Position numbers and translations under genes: made by a program. A model generated the notes under the pieces. It was not told the DNA's origin, did not search any database, and worked only from the letters and a program-made list of their open reading frames with translations. Positions 29,703 to 39,635 of a DNA stretch of 64,000 bases are shown piece after piece (the stretch's first letter is position 1; every line of letters starts with the position of its first letter). Source of the stretch: an uncultured Actinomycetota bacterium (GTDB lineage: Bacteria > Actinomycetota > Actinomycetes > JACCUZ01); assembly GCA_963705885.1 (NCBI GenBank), contig OY970120.1:3497676-3561675 (forward strand), in the 5' to 3' direction.

Positions 29703-30992
29703 ATGCCACGCCGAGTGCCCGGCCGCGCCGTGCGCGGGCTCCTGGTGCTGCTCGTCCTCGCCCTGGCCGCCGCCCCAATCGCCCCGACGTACGCCGACGA
29801 CGATCCCGCGCAGATCGGCAGCACGGGGGTCGGCACCGATCTCGACGACGTCCTGAAGCAGGTCCGTGAGGAGCTGGCCGAGTCCAGCGAGGCGATGGTC
29901 CGAGCCGCCGCCGACCTCCGGCTCGCCGAGTCCGCCCTCCCGGGGGCGCAGCAGACCGCGGCGCACGCCGCCCGCCTCCTGGCGACCGCGAAGCGCCGCC
30001 AGGAGGAGGCCGCCCACCTGCGCGCGCAGGCCCAGGTCCGTCTCATCCTCAGCAACCAGCAGGCCGAGGCGTCCGCGGACCAGGTCGAGGAGCAGCAGGC
30101 CCGCCTCGGGCGTCTCGCCAGGGCCGCCTACCAGGCCGGCGGCTCGCTGGGCGAGGTGTCGATGCTGCTCGAGGCGCGCTCCCCGGCGGACTTCGCCGAG
30201 CGCCTCGTGTCCTGGCAGACCGTCGTCTCGTCGCAGCGTTCGGTGCTCTCCGACCTCGAGACGGTGCAGGAGTCCTTCGGCGACCGGACCCAGGGCCTGG
30301 AAGCGGTCCGCGATGCCCTGGCCAGCGCCGACGAGCGCGCCCAGCGCGAGCTCCGGGCGGTCGTCGAGCTCGAGCAGGAGGCCCGCGAGGCAGAGGCGAC
30401 GGTCGGCCGGCTCGTGGCCGCCCGCGAGGCGGCCCTCGCCGCGGCCCGGGCCGCCCAGGCCGACGACGACGCGGCGCGTGCCCGGCGCGACTCGGTGTCC
30501 GGCGAGCTGCAGTCCGAGCTGGCCGCCCAGGCCGGCCAGCAGCTCGGCCCCGAGGGCTCGCGCGACGGGTCGACGGTGCCCGCGAAGGCCGGAACCCTCG
30601 CCTGGCCGGTGCAGGGCAGGCTCTCCTCGCCGTTCGGGATGCGGGTGCACCCCATCACCGGCGTCTACAAGCTGCACACCGGCACCGACCTGGGCGCCCC
30701 GTGCGGCACCCCGGTGCGCGCCGCCCGGGACGGCGTCGTCACCGCAGCCGGGTGGAACAGCGCGTACGGCTGGCGGACCGTCGTCTCGCACGGCGTCGTC
30801 GACGGCGTGCTGCTCACCACGACGTACAACCACCAGGAGGGCCTCGGCGCCCAGGTGGGTGCGCGGGTCGGCACGGGCCAGGTCATCGGACGGGTGGGCT
30901 CGACCGGCTACTCCACCGGCTGCCACCTGCACTTCGAGCTCTACGTCAACTCGAGCCTGGTCGACCCCGAGCGCTGGCTGCCGGCCCACTGA
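29703..30992 (+). CDS. secreted M23-family metallopeptidase with N-terminal coiled-coil region
   Basis: Signal peptide MPRRVPGRAVRGLLVLLVLALAAAPIAPTYA, long Ala/Glu/Gln-rich coiled coil, C-terminal M23 domain (HTGTDLGAPCGTPVRA...GSTGYSTGCHLHFE). Confidence 0.8.
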   Translation: MPRRVPGRAVRGLLVLLVLALAAAPIAPTYADDDPAQIGSTGVGTDLDDVLKQVREELAESSEAMVRAAADLRLAESALPGAQQTAAHAARLLATAKRRQEEAAHLRAQAQVRLILSNQQAEASADQVEEQQARLGRLARAAYQAGGSLGEVSMLLEARSPADFAERLVSWQTVVSSQRSVLSDLETVQESFGDRTQGLEAVRDALASADERAQRELRAVVELEQEAREAEATVGRLVAAREAALAAARAAQADDDAARARRDSVSGELQSELAAQAGQQLGPEGSRDGSTVPAKAGTLAWPVQGRLSSPFGMRVHPITGVYKLHTGTDLGAPCGTPVRAARDGVVTAAGWNSAYGWRTVVSHGVVDGVLLTTTYNHQEGLGAQVGARVGTGQVIGRVGSTGYSTGCHLHFELYVNSSLVDPERWLPAH

Positions 30993-31686
30993 CGCGCGCG
31001 GGAGCGCCCAGTCCCGCAAGGTGCTCGCCGAAGCCGCGCGGTGCCCGCGCGTCGCACCGGGCGCTGGTCACGACGGGGATGCCGCCCGTGCGCACGACGC
31101 GGCGGTGGGCGAGGGCGGCCACGAGGGCCACGTCCTCGCCGTGGTCGAGCGCCGCGAACCCGCCCACCTGGACGTAGGCCTCGGCCCGCAGACCGGCGTT
31201 CGCGCCGTGGACGTGCGGGTGCCCATCCTCGGGCCGGTAGGCAGCTCGCCACTGGCTCGCGACCTGCGGCGGGTGCTGGGTCCAGTCGTCCACCTCGACG
31301 GTACCCAGCACCAGGTCGGCCCCGGACCCGGCCAGCGCCACCTGCCGGGCCAGCCAGTCAGCCGGCACCCGCGAGTCGGCGTCGGTCGTGGCGAGCCAGA
31401 GCGTCCCGAGGGCTGACGGCGGGTGCCCGGCGAGCACGTCGGCGAACCCGGCGGCACGGGCGGCACCGACGTTTCCCGCCACGACCGCCATCGCCCGCGC
31501 CCACGGCCGCGCGGCCACCACGTCGGCACTCGCGTCGTGGCACCGGTCGAGCACGACGAGGACCTCCACCGGCACTCCGTCGTGCTCCACCCGTTCGGCC
31601 GCCGTCCGCAGGGCGTCGAGACACCCCGGGAGCAGCTCCTCCTCGTCGCGGGCCGGCACCACCACGGCCACACCCGTGACGGTCAT
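30946..31686 (-). CDS. family-2 glycosyltransferase (small, non-processive type)
   Basis: MTVTGVAVVVPARDEEELL...LVVLDRCHDAS...TTDADS (DxD) is a GT-A fold. ATG overlaps the methyltransferase stop (ATGA). Confidence 0.7.
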   Translation of the reverse strand: MTVTGVAVVVPARDEEELLPGCLDALRTAAERVEHDGVPVEVLVVLDRCHDASADVVAARPWARAMAVVAGNVGAARAAGFADVLAGHPPSALGTLWLATTDADSRVPADWLARQVALAGSGADLVLGTVEVDDWTQHPPQVASQWRAAYRPEDGHPHVHGANAGLRAEAYVQVGGFAALDHGEDVALVAALAHRRVVRTGGIPVVTSARCDARAPRGFGEHLAGLGAPARVSGPAASARGRPGSS

Positions 31687-32288
31687 CCGACGAGCCCCTC
31701 GCGGCGTGCCACGGAGGCCGTCGAGCCCTTGGTCCACACGTCGAGCAGGAAGTCCTCCTCGACGTGGCCGACCGCCCGGACGAGGGCGGGACGAGCGCCC
31801 AGGGCGTCGTGCACGGCGTCACCGGTGCCCGGGTAGTCGGCGACCGGGTGCCGCCAGTGGCAGGCGAGCAGCGTGCCGCCGTCGGTCAACGACGCGACCG
31901 CGCGGTCGACGAGGATCGCCAGGTCGCCCGGGTCCAGGTAGTAGCCGATCTCGGAGAGCACGACCAGGTCGAAGCCGCCGGCGGGCCACTCCTGAGGCAC
32001 CCGCAGCCGGCGGACCGCGACGTGCCGGCGATCGCGCACCGCCGCGGACGCGGACGCCACCGCGCTCTCGTCGACGTCGGTGGCGACGAGCGCGTCGCAC
32101 CGGCCGGCCAGCAGGGTGGTCAGGGCGCCGACGGAGCAGCCCGGCTCGAACGCGCGGGTGTAGCGGGGCCGGGGCAGCGCCGCGAGGGTGAGCTCGCGCT
32201 TACGCCGCTCGTACCACCGCGACCGGAACCCCCAGGGGTCCTCGGACTCGGCGTACATCCGCTGGAAGTACTCGACCGGCAGCGTCAT
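31683..32288 (-). CDS. class I SAM-dependent methyltransferase
   Basis: 201 aa; AFEPGCSVGALTTLLAGRCDALVATDVDE is SAM-binding motif I. Overlaps the upstream PIG-L gene stop. Confidence 0.7.
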   Translation of the reverse strand: MTLPVEYFQRMYAESEDPWGFRSRWYERRKRELTLAALPRPRYTRAFEPGCSVGALTTLLAGRCDALVATDVDESAVASASAAVRDRRHVAVRRLRVPQEWPAGGFDLVVLSEIGYYLDPGDLAILVDRAVASLTDGGTLLACHWRHPVADYPGTGDAVHDALGARPALVRAVGHVEEDFLLDVWTKGSTASVARREGLVG

Positions 32289-32932
32289 CGCAGCACCACC
32301 TCGTGGTCGCGGGCGAAGTGCGCCAGGACCTGGGGTGGCAGGACGGGGCCGTCCACGGGGGCCGGACCCAACGGCTGCACCTGCGAGACGAAGCAGGCCA
32401 CGGCCGCGGCCTTGCGCTCGCGCGCCCCGGCGTCGAGGTCGAGGCGCCGGGCCCGCGACCAGGGCACCCGGTCGTCGCCGGGCCGGGCCCAGTGCCACAT
32501 CCAGACGGGGTACTCCAGCACCCTCGCGCAGACCGACCGGGCGGCGCGACCGCATGCCTCGTGGTCGGGGTGGCCGTCGCCGGACCACGGCGCGACGACG
32601 ACGTCGTCGGGGAGGACCACCTCGCGCAAGGCCTCGACCAGGTCGGCCTCGCGACCGGCGAGGCCGCCGTCGGGCAGCCCCAGGCGATGACCGGGCGCCT
32701 CGCCGGCGCCCAGCAGCGCGAGAGCCGCGGCCGACTCGGCCCGGCGCAGCGCGGCGAGCCGCCCCGGTGCCACCGCCGTGGACCCGACGTGCGAGGCCTC
32801 GCCGTCGGTCGCCCAGACGAAGCGCAGGTCGGCACCGGACGCGGCGAGAGCCACGACGAGACCACCGGCGCCGAGCACCTCGTCGTCGGGGTGCGCGGCC
32901 AGCACCACGACCCGAGGCCCGAGGTCGGTCAT
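32285..32932 (-). CDS. PIG-L/LmbE-family deacetylase
   Basis: RVVVLAAHPDDEVLGAGG...SGDGHPDHEA; second member of this family in the window. Confidence 0.75.
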   Translation of the reverse strand: MTDLGPRVVVLAAHPDDEVLGAGGLVVALAASGADLRFVWATDGEASHVGSTAVAPGRLAALRRAESAAALALLGAGEAPGHRLGLPDGGLAGREADLVEALREVVLPDDVVVAPWSGDGHPDHEACGRAARSVCARVLEYPVWMWHWARPGDDRVPWSRARRLDLDAGARERKAAAVACFVSQVQPLGPAPVDGPVLPPQVLAHFARDHEVVLR

Positions 32933-33012
32933 GTCCAGCCGAGGCCATTGCGCGCGCTCCGGCCACTGCGCCCAGCACTGCTCGTCGGTGCCGTGGCCCG
33001 GCCGAATCCCGG

Positions 33013-34032
33013 TCACCACGGCCAGGTCCCGGTCTCGAGCGCGCCGCGGCCGTGCTCCTCGAGGTCGCGCTCGGCGTGGCTCTGACGCAGGTAGAGGGTG
33101 AGGCCCGCGACAGCCCGCGCGTGGTCGAGGTCCATCGCCAGCGGCGCCGGGCCCAGAGCACGCCCGACGCGGTCCATGACCTCGACCGAGGTGCGTTCCA
33201 CCACGGCGCGCACCCGACCGGCGGTGCGCCGCGCGGTGCCCGCGGCGTCGGTCGGGTCGGCGTCGGCCGCGCGTGCCGCGTCGTCGAGCAGGCTCCCGGC
33301 CGCGGCCAGCGCGACGTCCACCGCACCCGCATGGGCCAGCGCGTGGGCGTGCAGCGGCCGCCGCGCGTGGGCGGCCGCGAGCGCCCCCGCGACCGCGGTC
33401 GCGCCACCGAGCCAGACGGCGGCCACCCCGACCGCGCCGTGCCAGAAGCCGGGCCGCTGCAGGTAGGCCTCCGGCCCGCCCACGGCCTCGGCCGGGTGGG
33501 CCTCGAACCGGACCGAGCGGCTGTCGCTGCCCGGCAGCGCCGGGGACGGCCAGGTGCCCTCGACCGGCCTCGCCGTCGAGCCGTCCAGGTCGACGGCGAA
33601 GAGCCGGTAGCCGTCGGCGGCGCCCGCCGTGACGAGCGCGTGGTCGCAGGTGCCGGCGCCGCTGCACCAGGGCTTGGTGCCGGTCAGCCGCCAGTCGCGA
33701 CCGTCCCGGGACGCCACGAGCGGGGCGGTGGGCGGGTTGGCCGCCCAGACGCCCCAGACGCCCGGTGCGGGGTCGCCGACGCCCAGGTCGGCGAGCACGG
33801 CGAGCGCGTCGGTGTGAGCCTCGACCAGCCGCGCGAGGTCGAGGTCCGCGGCCCCGATCGCCTGCAGCGCCGCGAACCGCTCTCCGGTGGAGCCGCGTCC
33901 AGGAAGCGGCAGGTCGAGGAAGTCCTTGTCATGCAGATCGTGGACCCAGCGCGCCGTGCGCTCCACCGGGTCGTCGAGGTCGGGGCGCAGGCCGGTGACC
34001 AGCTCGCGGGCATGACCGGCCGTGGGGTGCAT
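33013..34032 (-). CDS. acyl-CoA dehydrogenase-family protein
   Basis: 339 aa from ATG MHPTAGHAREL. Middle and C-terminal ACAD-like helical domains (WRLTGTKPWCSGAG...). Heads the 4-gene module. Confidence 0.55.
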   Translation of the reverse strand: MHPTAGHARELVTGLRPDLDDPVERTARWVHDLHDKDFLDLPLPGRGSTGERFAALQAIGAADLDLARLVEAHTDALAVLADLGVGDPAPGVWGVWAANPPTAPLVASRDGRDWRLTGTKPWCSGAGTCDHALVTAGAADGYRLFAVDLDGSTARPVEGTWPSPALPGSDSRSVRFEAHPAEAVGGPEAYLQRPGFWHGAVGVAAVWLGGATAVAGALAAAHARRPLHAHALAHAGAVDVALAAAGSLLDDAARAADADPTDAAGTARRTAGRVRAVVERTSVEVMDRVGRALGPAPLAMDLDHARAVAGLTLYLRQSHAERDLEEHGRGALETGTWPW

Positions 34033-34133
34033 GGCGGCTGCCCTACCCGCGTTCGGCCGGTCTACGTCCGGAAATCTTCCGGAACTGTCGTTCGTTGGAC
34101 AGATGACGAACAACACCGCACCCGAGGGACCGC

Positions 34134-35141
34134 ATGACGACACAGCCTCTGTCCCGTCCCGACTCCCCTGCCACGACTCCAGACGCCCACCCCGACATCC
34201 CCCGCGACATCCACGACGACGAGGTGGCCACCCCGGACCTGGTCCGGCTCTACCTCGACGAGATCGGCCGATCCCCGCTGCTCGACGCGGCGACCGAGGT
34301 CGACCTGGCCCAGCGCATCGAGGCCGGGCTCTACGCGCGCCACCTGCTCGACGGCCTCGGCCACCGGCGCGCGGTCAAGCTGCGCGCGGCCGGCAAGCTC
34401 GCCAGCTCCTCCGAGCTGGCCCGTCTCGCCGACGATGGCGAGACGGCCAAGCGCGCCTTCATCCGGGCGAACCTCCGACTCGTCGTGTCGCTCGCCCGGC
34501 GCTACAGCCGGGCGTCCATGCCGCTGCTGGACCTGATCCAGGAGGGCAACGTCGGCCTGGTCCGCGCCGTCGAGAAGTTCGACTACGCCCGCGGCTACAA
34601 GTTCTCGACGTACGCCACGTGGTGGATCCGCCAGTCCATCGGCCGGGCCATCGCCGAGCAGAGCCGCACCGTCCGGCTCCCGGTCCACCAGGTGGAGAAG
34701 CTCAGCCGCCTGGCGCGCACCCGGCGCGAGCTCGCCACCAGCCTCGGGCACGACCCCACCGACGAGGAGGTCGCCGAGGACATGGGCATCCCGCTGGACC
34801 AGGTGCAGCACCTCGACGCCATCTCGCGGACGCCGACCAGCCTCGACGCCCTCGTCGGCGACGACGGCGGCACGACACTGGGCGACCTCGTCGACGCCGC
34901 GGACCCGGGGCCCGAGGACCTCGTCGTCGACCGCGACACCAGAGCCGGCCTCGTGGGCATGGTCGACCGCCTCACCGAGCGCGAGGCCGAGGTCATCCGC
35001 TGCCGCTACGGGCTCGTCCCCGGACCGAAGCAGACCTACGAGCAGATCTCCGGACGCCTCGGCGTCTCGCGGGAACGGGTCCGCCAGATCGAGCGCGAGG
35101 CGCTGGAGCACCTGCGCGGCTGGGTCGACGAGTCCGCCTGA
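34134..35141 (+). CDS. RNA polymerase sigma-70 family factor, group 2 (SigB/HrdD-like)
   Basis: Region 1.2/2 (DLVRLYLDEIGRSPLLDAATEVDLAQRIEAGLYA...YKFSTYATWWIRQSI) and region 4 (ISGRLGVSRERVRQIEREAL). Confidence 0.85.
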   Translation: MTTQPLSRPDSPATTPDAHPDIPRDIHDDEVATPDLVRLYLDEIGRSPLLDAATEVDLAQRIEAGLYARHLLDGLGHRRAVKLRAAGKLASSSELARLADDGETAKRAFIRANLRLVVSLARRYSRASMPLLDLIQEGNVGLVRAVEKFDYARGYKFSTYATWWIRQSIGRAIAEQSRTVRLPVHQVEKLSRLARTRRELATSLGHDPTDEEVAEDMGIPLDQVQHLDAISRTPTSLDALVGDDGGTTLGDLVDAADPGPEDLVVDRDTRAGLVGMVDRLTEREAEVIRCRYGLVPGPKQTYEQISGRLGVSRERVRQIEREALEHLRGWVDESA

Positions 35142-35175
35142 CCTCGGTGTGCCCGTCCGTCGGGCACCGCGGGGG

Positions 35176-36723
35176 TCACTCCTCGAGCGCCTCGCGGCCG
35201 GCGGCGGTCGTCACCACCGGGCCGTGGTGAGGGCACCCCTCCATCGCGGGCCCGCCGACCGCGCAGTGGTGGAAGTGGTGGGCCTCCGCCTCGGCGGCCT
35301 GGGCCCGACCAGGCGTGCGGACCGTCAGCAGCGCGAGCGCCGCGCCGACGAGCAGCAGGACCGCAGAGACCGACATGGCGGTCCGGTAGGCGGGCAGCAG
35401 CCGCTCCGGGTCGGAATATGCCACGCCGTCCAGACCGGCGACCAGTGGCAGTGCCGCCACGGCCAACAGGCCGGCGACGCGCGCCACCGCGTTGTTGACC
35501 CCGCTGGCCAGGCCGGCGTGGCGCTCCGGCGCCGCGGCGAGCACGGTCGCCGTGAGCGGGGCCACGGTGAGAGCGAGCCCCAGCCCGAACAGCGACGCTG
35601 CCGGCAGCACGTCGCCCCAGTAGGACACGTCCTCGTCGAAGCGGCTCATCCAGAAGACGGCCAGACCCGCAAGGGCGGGCCCGACGGTCATCGGCAGCCT
35701 GGGCCCGATCCGGGTGGCGAGGGCCCCCGCCCGGGCCGAGAGCAGGAGCAGCAGCACGGTGACCGGCAGCAGGCCCGCCCCCGCCGCGATCGGCGAGAAG
35801 CCGGCCACGACCTGGAGCATCAGCACGAGGAAGAAGAAGACCCCGCTCAGGGCGCCGTAGACCGCGAACGTCACGGCGTTCGTGGCGCTGAACAGCCGCG
35901 AGGAGAAGATGCCCAGCGGCAGCATCGGCTCGCGGGCCCGGTCCTCCCGCAGCACGAAGGCCACGAGTGCGGCCACCCCGCCGACGAGGGAGACGAGCAC
36001 CATCGCCGCCCCGGGCCCGCTCTCCTGCCAGGCGATCAGCCCGTAGGTCAGCGCACCGAGCCCCGCCGCCCCGAGCACGGCGCCCAGCACGTCCAGGCTC
36101 GTCGATGCCTCGGGGTCGCGGCTCTCCGGGACGTGCCGGACGGCGACCACGACGACGACGGCGGCCACCGGCAGGTTGATGAGGAACACCCAGCGCCAGC
36201 CGGCGTTGTCCACGAGCCAGCCGCCGAGGAACGGGCCGAGCGCCCCGGCCAGGCCACCGAGCCCGCTCCAGGCGCCGATGGCGCGGGCCCGGTCCTCGGG
36301 ACGGAAGCTGGACTGCAGGATCGCGAGGCTGCCGGGCGTCAGCAGCGCGCCGCCCACCCCCTGCACGGCGCGGGCGACGGCGAGCGTCTCGATGTCCGGT
36401 GCGAGCCCGCAGGCGAGGGACGCCACCGCGAACCACACGACGCCGACGACGAAGATGCGCCGGCGCCCGAAGCGGTCACCCAGCGACCCGCCGAGCAGGA
36501 TCAGAGCGGCGAGGGTGAGCGTGTAGGCGTTGATCGTCCACTGCAGGCCGGAGATGTCGGCGTCGAGGTCGCGGCCTATGCGGGGCAGCGCGACGTTCAC
36601 GACCGTCGCGTCGAGGAAGGCCAGCCCCGAGCCGAGCACCGTGGCGAGCATCACCCACCGTGCCCGCGCCTCGCCGAACCGCAGCCGCGGCGACGGCTCC
36701 GCGGTCGGCGCGGCATCGGTCAT
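35176..36723 (-). CDS. MFS transporter, 14-TM drug:H+ antiporter (EmrB/QacA-like), with His/Cys-rich C-terminal tail
   Basis: 515 aa from ATG at 36723. MFS signature LGDRFGRRRIF. C-terminal tail AHHFHHCAVGGPAMEGCPHHGP. Confidence 0.8.
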   Translation of the reverse strand: MTDAAPTAEPSPRLRFGEARARWVMLATVLGSGLAFLDATVVNVALPRIGRDLDADISGLQWTINAYTLTLAALILLGGSLGDRFGRRRIFVVGVVWFAVASLACGLAPDIETLAVARAVQGVGGALLTPGSLAILQSSFRPEDRARAIGAWSGLGGLAGALGPFLGGWLVDNAGWRWVFLINLPVAAVVVVVAVRHVPESRDPEASTSLDVLGAVLGAAGLGALTYGLIAWQESGPGAAMVLVSLVGGVAALVAFVLREDRAREPMLPLGIFSSRLFSATNAVTFAVYGALSGVFFFLVLMLQVVAGFSPIAAGAGLLPVTVLLLLLSARAGALATRIGPRLPMTVGPALAGLAVFWMSRFDEDVSYWGDVLPAASLFGLGLALTVAPLTATVLAAAPERHAGLASGVNNAVARVAGLLAVAALPLVAGLDGVAYSDPERLLPAYRTAMSVSAVLLLVGAALALLTVRTPGRAQAAEAEAHHFHHCAVGGPAMEGCPHHGPVVTTAAGREALEE

Positions 36724-36966
36724 GACGGCATCCAACACCCGGTGGCGCACCGGCTGTGCCGCGGCTGGTGGACCCGCCTCGTGATCACCCCGCGTCATGG
36801 TCGGCGACCGTTGCGTGAGACACGACGCCCGACCGGCCGCGCCCTGGCCCGGAGTGACTACGGGCACCCCCCCAACGGGCGATTGTCGGGAGCCGCCGCA
36901 CGCCGGACAAAGGTGTGGGGAGCGTCGGCACGGCGCTAGCGGGCGGGGTTGGGGAGGGGCTTCGTG

Positions 36967-37626
36967 ATGGCCAGAATCCTGTGCATCGACGACGAGCTCG
37001 GGCTGCGCCGACTGCTCCGGAGGGTGCTCGAACCCGAGGGGCACATGGTGGCGACCGCACCCGACGCGATCACCGGACTCCGGCTGGCGTGCGACGAGAG
37101 CTGGGACCTGATCATCCTCGACCTGCTGCTCCCGGACCTGCCGGGGACCGCGGTCCTGGGCGTGCTCCTGGAGCGCAAGCCGGAGCAACGGGTCCTGGTG
37201 CTGTCCGCGCTCGGGGACACCGACTCGCGGGTCGCCTGCCTGGAACGCGGCGCGGTGGACTACATCAGCAAGCCGTTCGCGATCCGCGAGTTCACGGCGC
37301 GGGTGCGGTCGCGGCTGGCCGACCGGCCCCGGGCGGCGGGAGCGGTGATGGCCACGGCGGGGATCGAGCTGGACCTCGTGCGCCGGCGGGTCACCTGGTG
37401 CGGCCACTCGACAGAGCTCAGCCCCCGGGAGTTCCTCCTCGTCCAGCACCTCATGCAGCACTCCGGGTCGGTCTGCACGCGCGAGGAGCTGCTGCGGGAG
37501 GTCTGGGGATATGCGTTCGACCCGGGGAGCAACGTCGTCGACGTCACGGTCGGCCGGCTCCGGAACAAGCTGGGCGTGACGTTGATCGAGACCGTCCGCA
37601 ACGTCGGCTATGCCCTTGCGGTCTGA
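36967..37626 (+). CDS. OmpR-family two-component response regulator
   Basis: Receiver (MARILCIDDELGLRRLL...LILDLLLPDLPG) plus winged-helix output (LSPREFLLVQHLM...VDVTVGRLRNKL). Confidence 0.85.
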   Translation: MARILCIDDELGLRRLLRRVLEPEGHMVATAPDAITGLRLACDESWDLIILDLLLPDLPGTAVLGVLLERKPEQRVLVLSALGDTDSRVACLERGAVDYISKPFAIREFTARVRSRLADRPRAAGAVMATAGIELDLVRRRVTWCGHSTELSPREFLLVQHLMQHSGSVCTREELLREVWGYAFDPGSNVVDVTVGRLRNKLGVTLIETVRNVGYALAV

Positions 37627-38722
37627 CCGGGCCGGGGGTCCCGGCCGCGGCTTGGGTCGCGGGGTGGACGTCGGCTTCGCGCTGACCGCACTTCTCCTGC
37701 TCGCCGCCATGGTCGCCCTGGACGGAGCGGCGACGGTTCCCTACCACGTCATGTTCGTCGTGTTCGCCGCCGTCTATGGCTACCGGACCTGGCCCCTGCC
37801 CGTCACGGTCCTCGTCCTCGGCGCCGTGATCCTCTCGACGGGCTCGGTCCTGTTCGCCGACTGGAGGGCCGGGGAGATCCCGGGGGACGAGCTGTTCGAG
37901 ATCGTGCTGATGCCACTGATCGTCGGCGCGATGATCTGGCACGCCCGGCGCAGGGTCGTTGCGCAGCAGCAGGTCGAGCTCCTCATGCAGCAGGAACGCG
38001 AGGCCCGGGTTCGCGAGCACGAGTTCGCCCGCGACACCTCGCACGCCCTGCGCACTCCTCTCACGATCGCGAGGGGTCACATCGAGCTGCTGCACGAGTC
38101 CGCCCGGGACGACGGGGTGCGTGCCGACGCAGAGGTGGCGCTCGCGGAGCTCGACCGTCTCGACCGCATGGCGAGCCGCCTGCTCGCCATCGCCGAGCTC
38201 GAGCGACCCGACACCCTCAGCGTCCGTCCGGTCGATGTCGCGGCGCTCGTGCGCGAGACACATGCACGCTGGGCCGCATCCGTGGCACGACGGTGGTCCC
38301 TGGACTGCCCCGAGACCCTCAGGGCACCGGTGGATGACGACGTGCTGCGCGCGGTGCTGGACGCGCTCATCGAGAACGCCGTGAAGGTCACCAGCCCGCA
38401 CGAGCGTGTGCGCGTCGTGTGCAGGCCGACCGCGGCGGCCGTGCTGGTCGCCGTCGAGGACGGCGGGCCGGGCATCGCGCCCGCCGACGCGCCGTTCGTC
38501 TTCGACCGCTTCTGGCGTAGCTCGCAGAAGCGGCAGGGGAGCGGTCTCGGCCTGTCCTTCGTGCGGGCGGCGGTCGAGGCGCACGGCGGCACGGTGCAGC
38601 TCGGCAGCTCGGCCGAGGGCGGTGCGGCCATCGGCTGCCTCCTGCCACGAGGTCCCGCGGGCGTACCGGGCCAGGCCAGGTCCCCCGACGCCACCCGCAC
38701 CGGCGTCCCCGTCGCGCCCTGA
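37610..38722 (+). CDS. sensor histidine kinase (two TM, HisKA + HATPase_c)
   Basis: H-box EFARDTSHALRTPLT, G-boxes DGGPGIA and GSGLGLSFV; overlaps the RR gene by 17 nt. Confidence 0.85.
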   Translation: MPLRSDRAGGPGRGLGRGVDVGFALTALLLLAAMVALDGAATVPYHVMFVVFAAVYGYRTWPLPVTVLVLGAVILSTGSVLFADWRAGEIPGDELFEIVLMPLIVGAMIWHARRRVVAQQQVELLMQQEREARVREHEFARDTSHALRTPLTIARGHIELLHESARDDGVRADAEVALAELDRLDRMASRLLAIAELERPDTLSVRPVDVAALVRETHARWAASVARRWSLDCPETLRAPVDDDVLRAVLDALIENAVKVTSPHERVRVVCRPTAAAVLVAVEDGGPGIAPADAPFVFDRFWRSSQKRQGSGLGLSFVRAAVEAHGGTVQLGSSAEGGAAIGCLLPRGPAGVPGQARSPDATRTGVPVAP

Positions 38723-38757
38723 GCGGGGGCAGCCGGCTCGCGTGGTCGAATGCGCGG

Positions 38758-39159
38758 GTGAGCGCGGGCTACTCGGGGACACCGCTGCCGCGCAAGCTGG
38801 GCATCGCGCGGGGACAGCGGGTGCTGCTGGTCGCGGCTCCGGACGGCTTCGACCTGGGGCCGCTGCCGGAGGTCGAGGTGCACCGCCGGGCGGGCCGGCT
38901 GCCGTACGACGTCGTGCTGGCGTTCCTGCGCGACCGGCGCACGCTGGAGCGCCGCCTCGACGGGCTGCGCCTGCGGGTCGTGCCGGACGGCGGGCTGTGG
39001 CTCGCGTGGCCCAAGCGGTCCAGCGGCGTGGCCACGGACCTCGACGAGAACGTGCTGCGTGACCTCGTGCTGCCGACCGGGCTCGTCGACAACAAGGTCT
39101 GCGCCGTGGACGACACGTGGTCGGCCCTGCGGTTCGTCGTCCGCCTGCGCGACCGCTGA
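38758..39159 (+). CDS. hypothetical protein (DUF3052-like)
   Basis: 133-aa ORF with GTG start; conserved-looking region LGIARGQRVLLVAAPDGFD. Confidence 0.4.
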   Translation: MSAGYSGTPLPRKLGIARGQRVLLVAAPDGFDLGPLPEVEVHRRAGRLPYDVVLAFLRDRRTLERRLDGLRLRVVPDGGLWLAWPKRSSGVATDLDENVLRDLVLPTGLVDNKVCAVDDTWSALRFVVRLRDR

Positions 39160-39184
39160 CCGGGCACCTGGCACGATCGGGACC

Positions 39185-39631
39185 GTGCGCAAGGTCCTCG
39201 TCCTGCTCGCGCTCGCCTGGGTCGCCGTGACGATCGCGGCCGCCGGAGTCGCCGTGGACCACGAGGTGCCCCACGACCTGTCGTTCCTGGGCGACCCTGG
39301 CGACCCGGACCGGGTCGGAGAGGACTGGCTGTTCGACTGGGGCACCGGCCTGGCGCCGCCTCTCGCGGCGGCCGCGGCCGGTGTGGTGCTGGCCGTGACG
39401 AGCAGCCTCGACGGGACGGTCGGCCGGCTGGCGGCGTTCCTCCTCGGCCTGCTCGGCGGCCTCTCGGTGATCTACACCCTGGCGAACGAGGTCACCGGCG
39501 ACCTGCTGGTCGGGGACGGCGGGGAGCCGGTCGAGTCCGCCCTGGTGGCGGCGACGCTGGCGCTGGCCACGCTCCTGACGCTGGCGGGTTTCGCCACCTG
39601 GCTCACGGCACCCCGGGAGCGCTACCCCTGA
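39185..39631 (+). CDS. hypothetical membrane protein
   Basis: GTG start VRKVLVLLALAWVAVTIAAAGV; 4 predicted TM helices. Confidence 0.4.
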   Translation: MRKVLVLLALAWVAVTIAAAGVAVDHEVPHDLSFLGDPGDPDRVGEDWLFDWGTGLAPPLAAAAAGVVLAVTSSLDGTVGRLAAFLLGLLGGLSVIYTLANEVTGDLLVGDGGEPVESALVAATLALATLLTLAGFATWLTAPRERYP

Positions 39632-39635
39632 GAGG

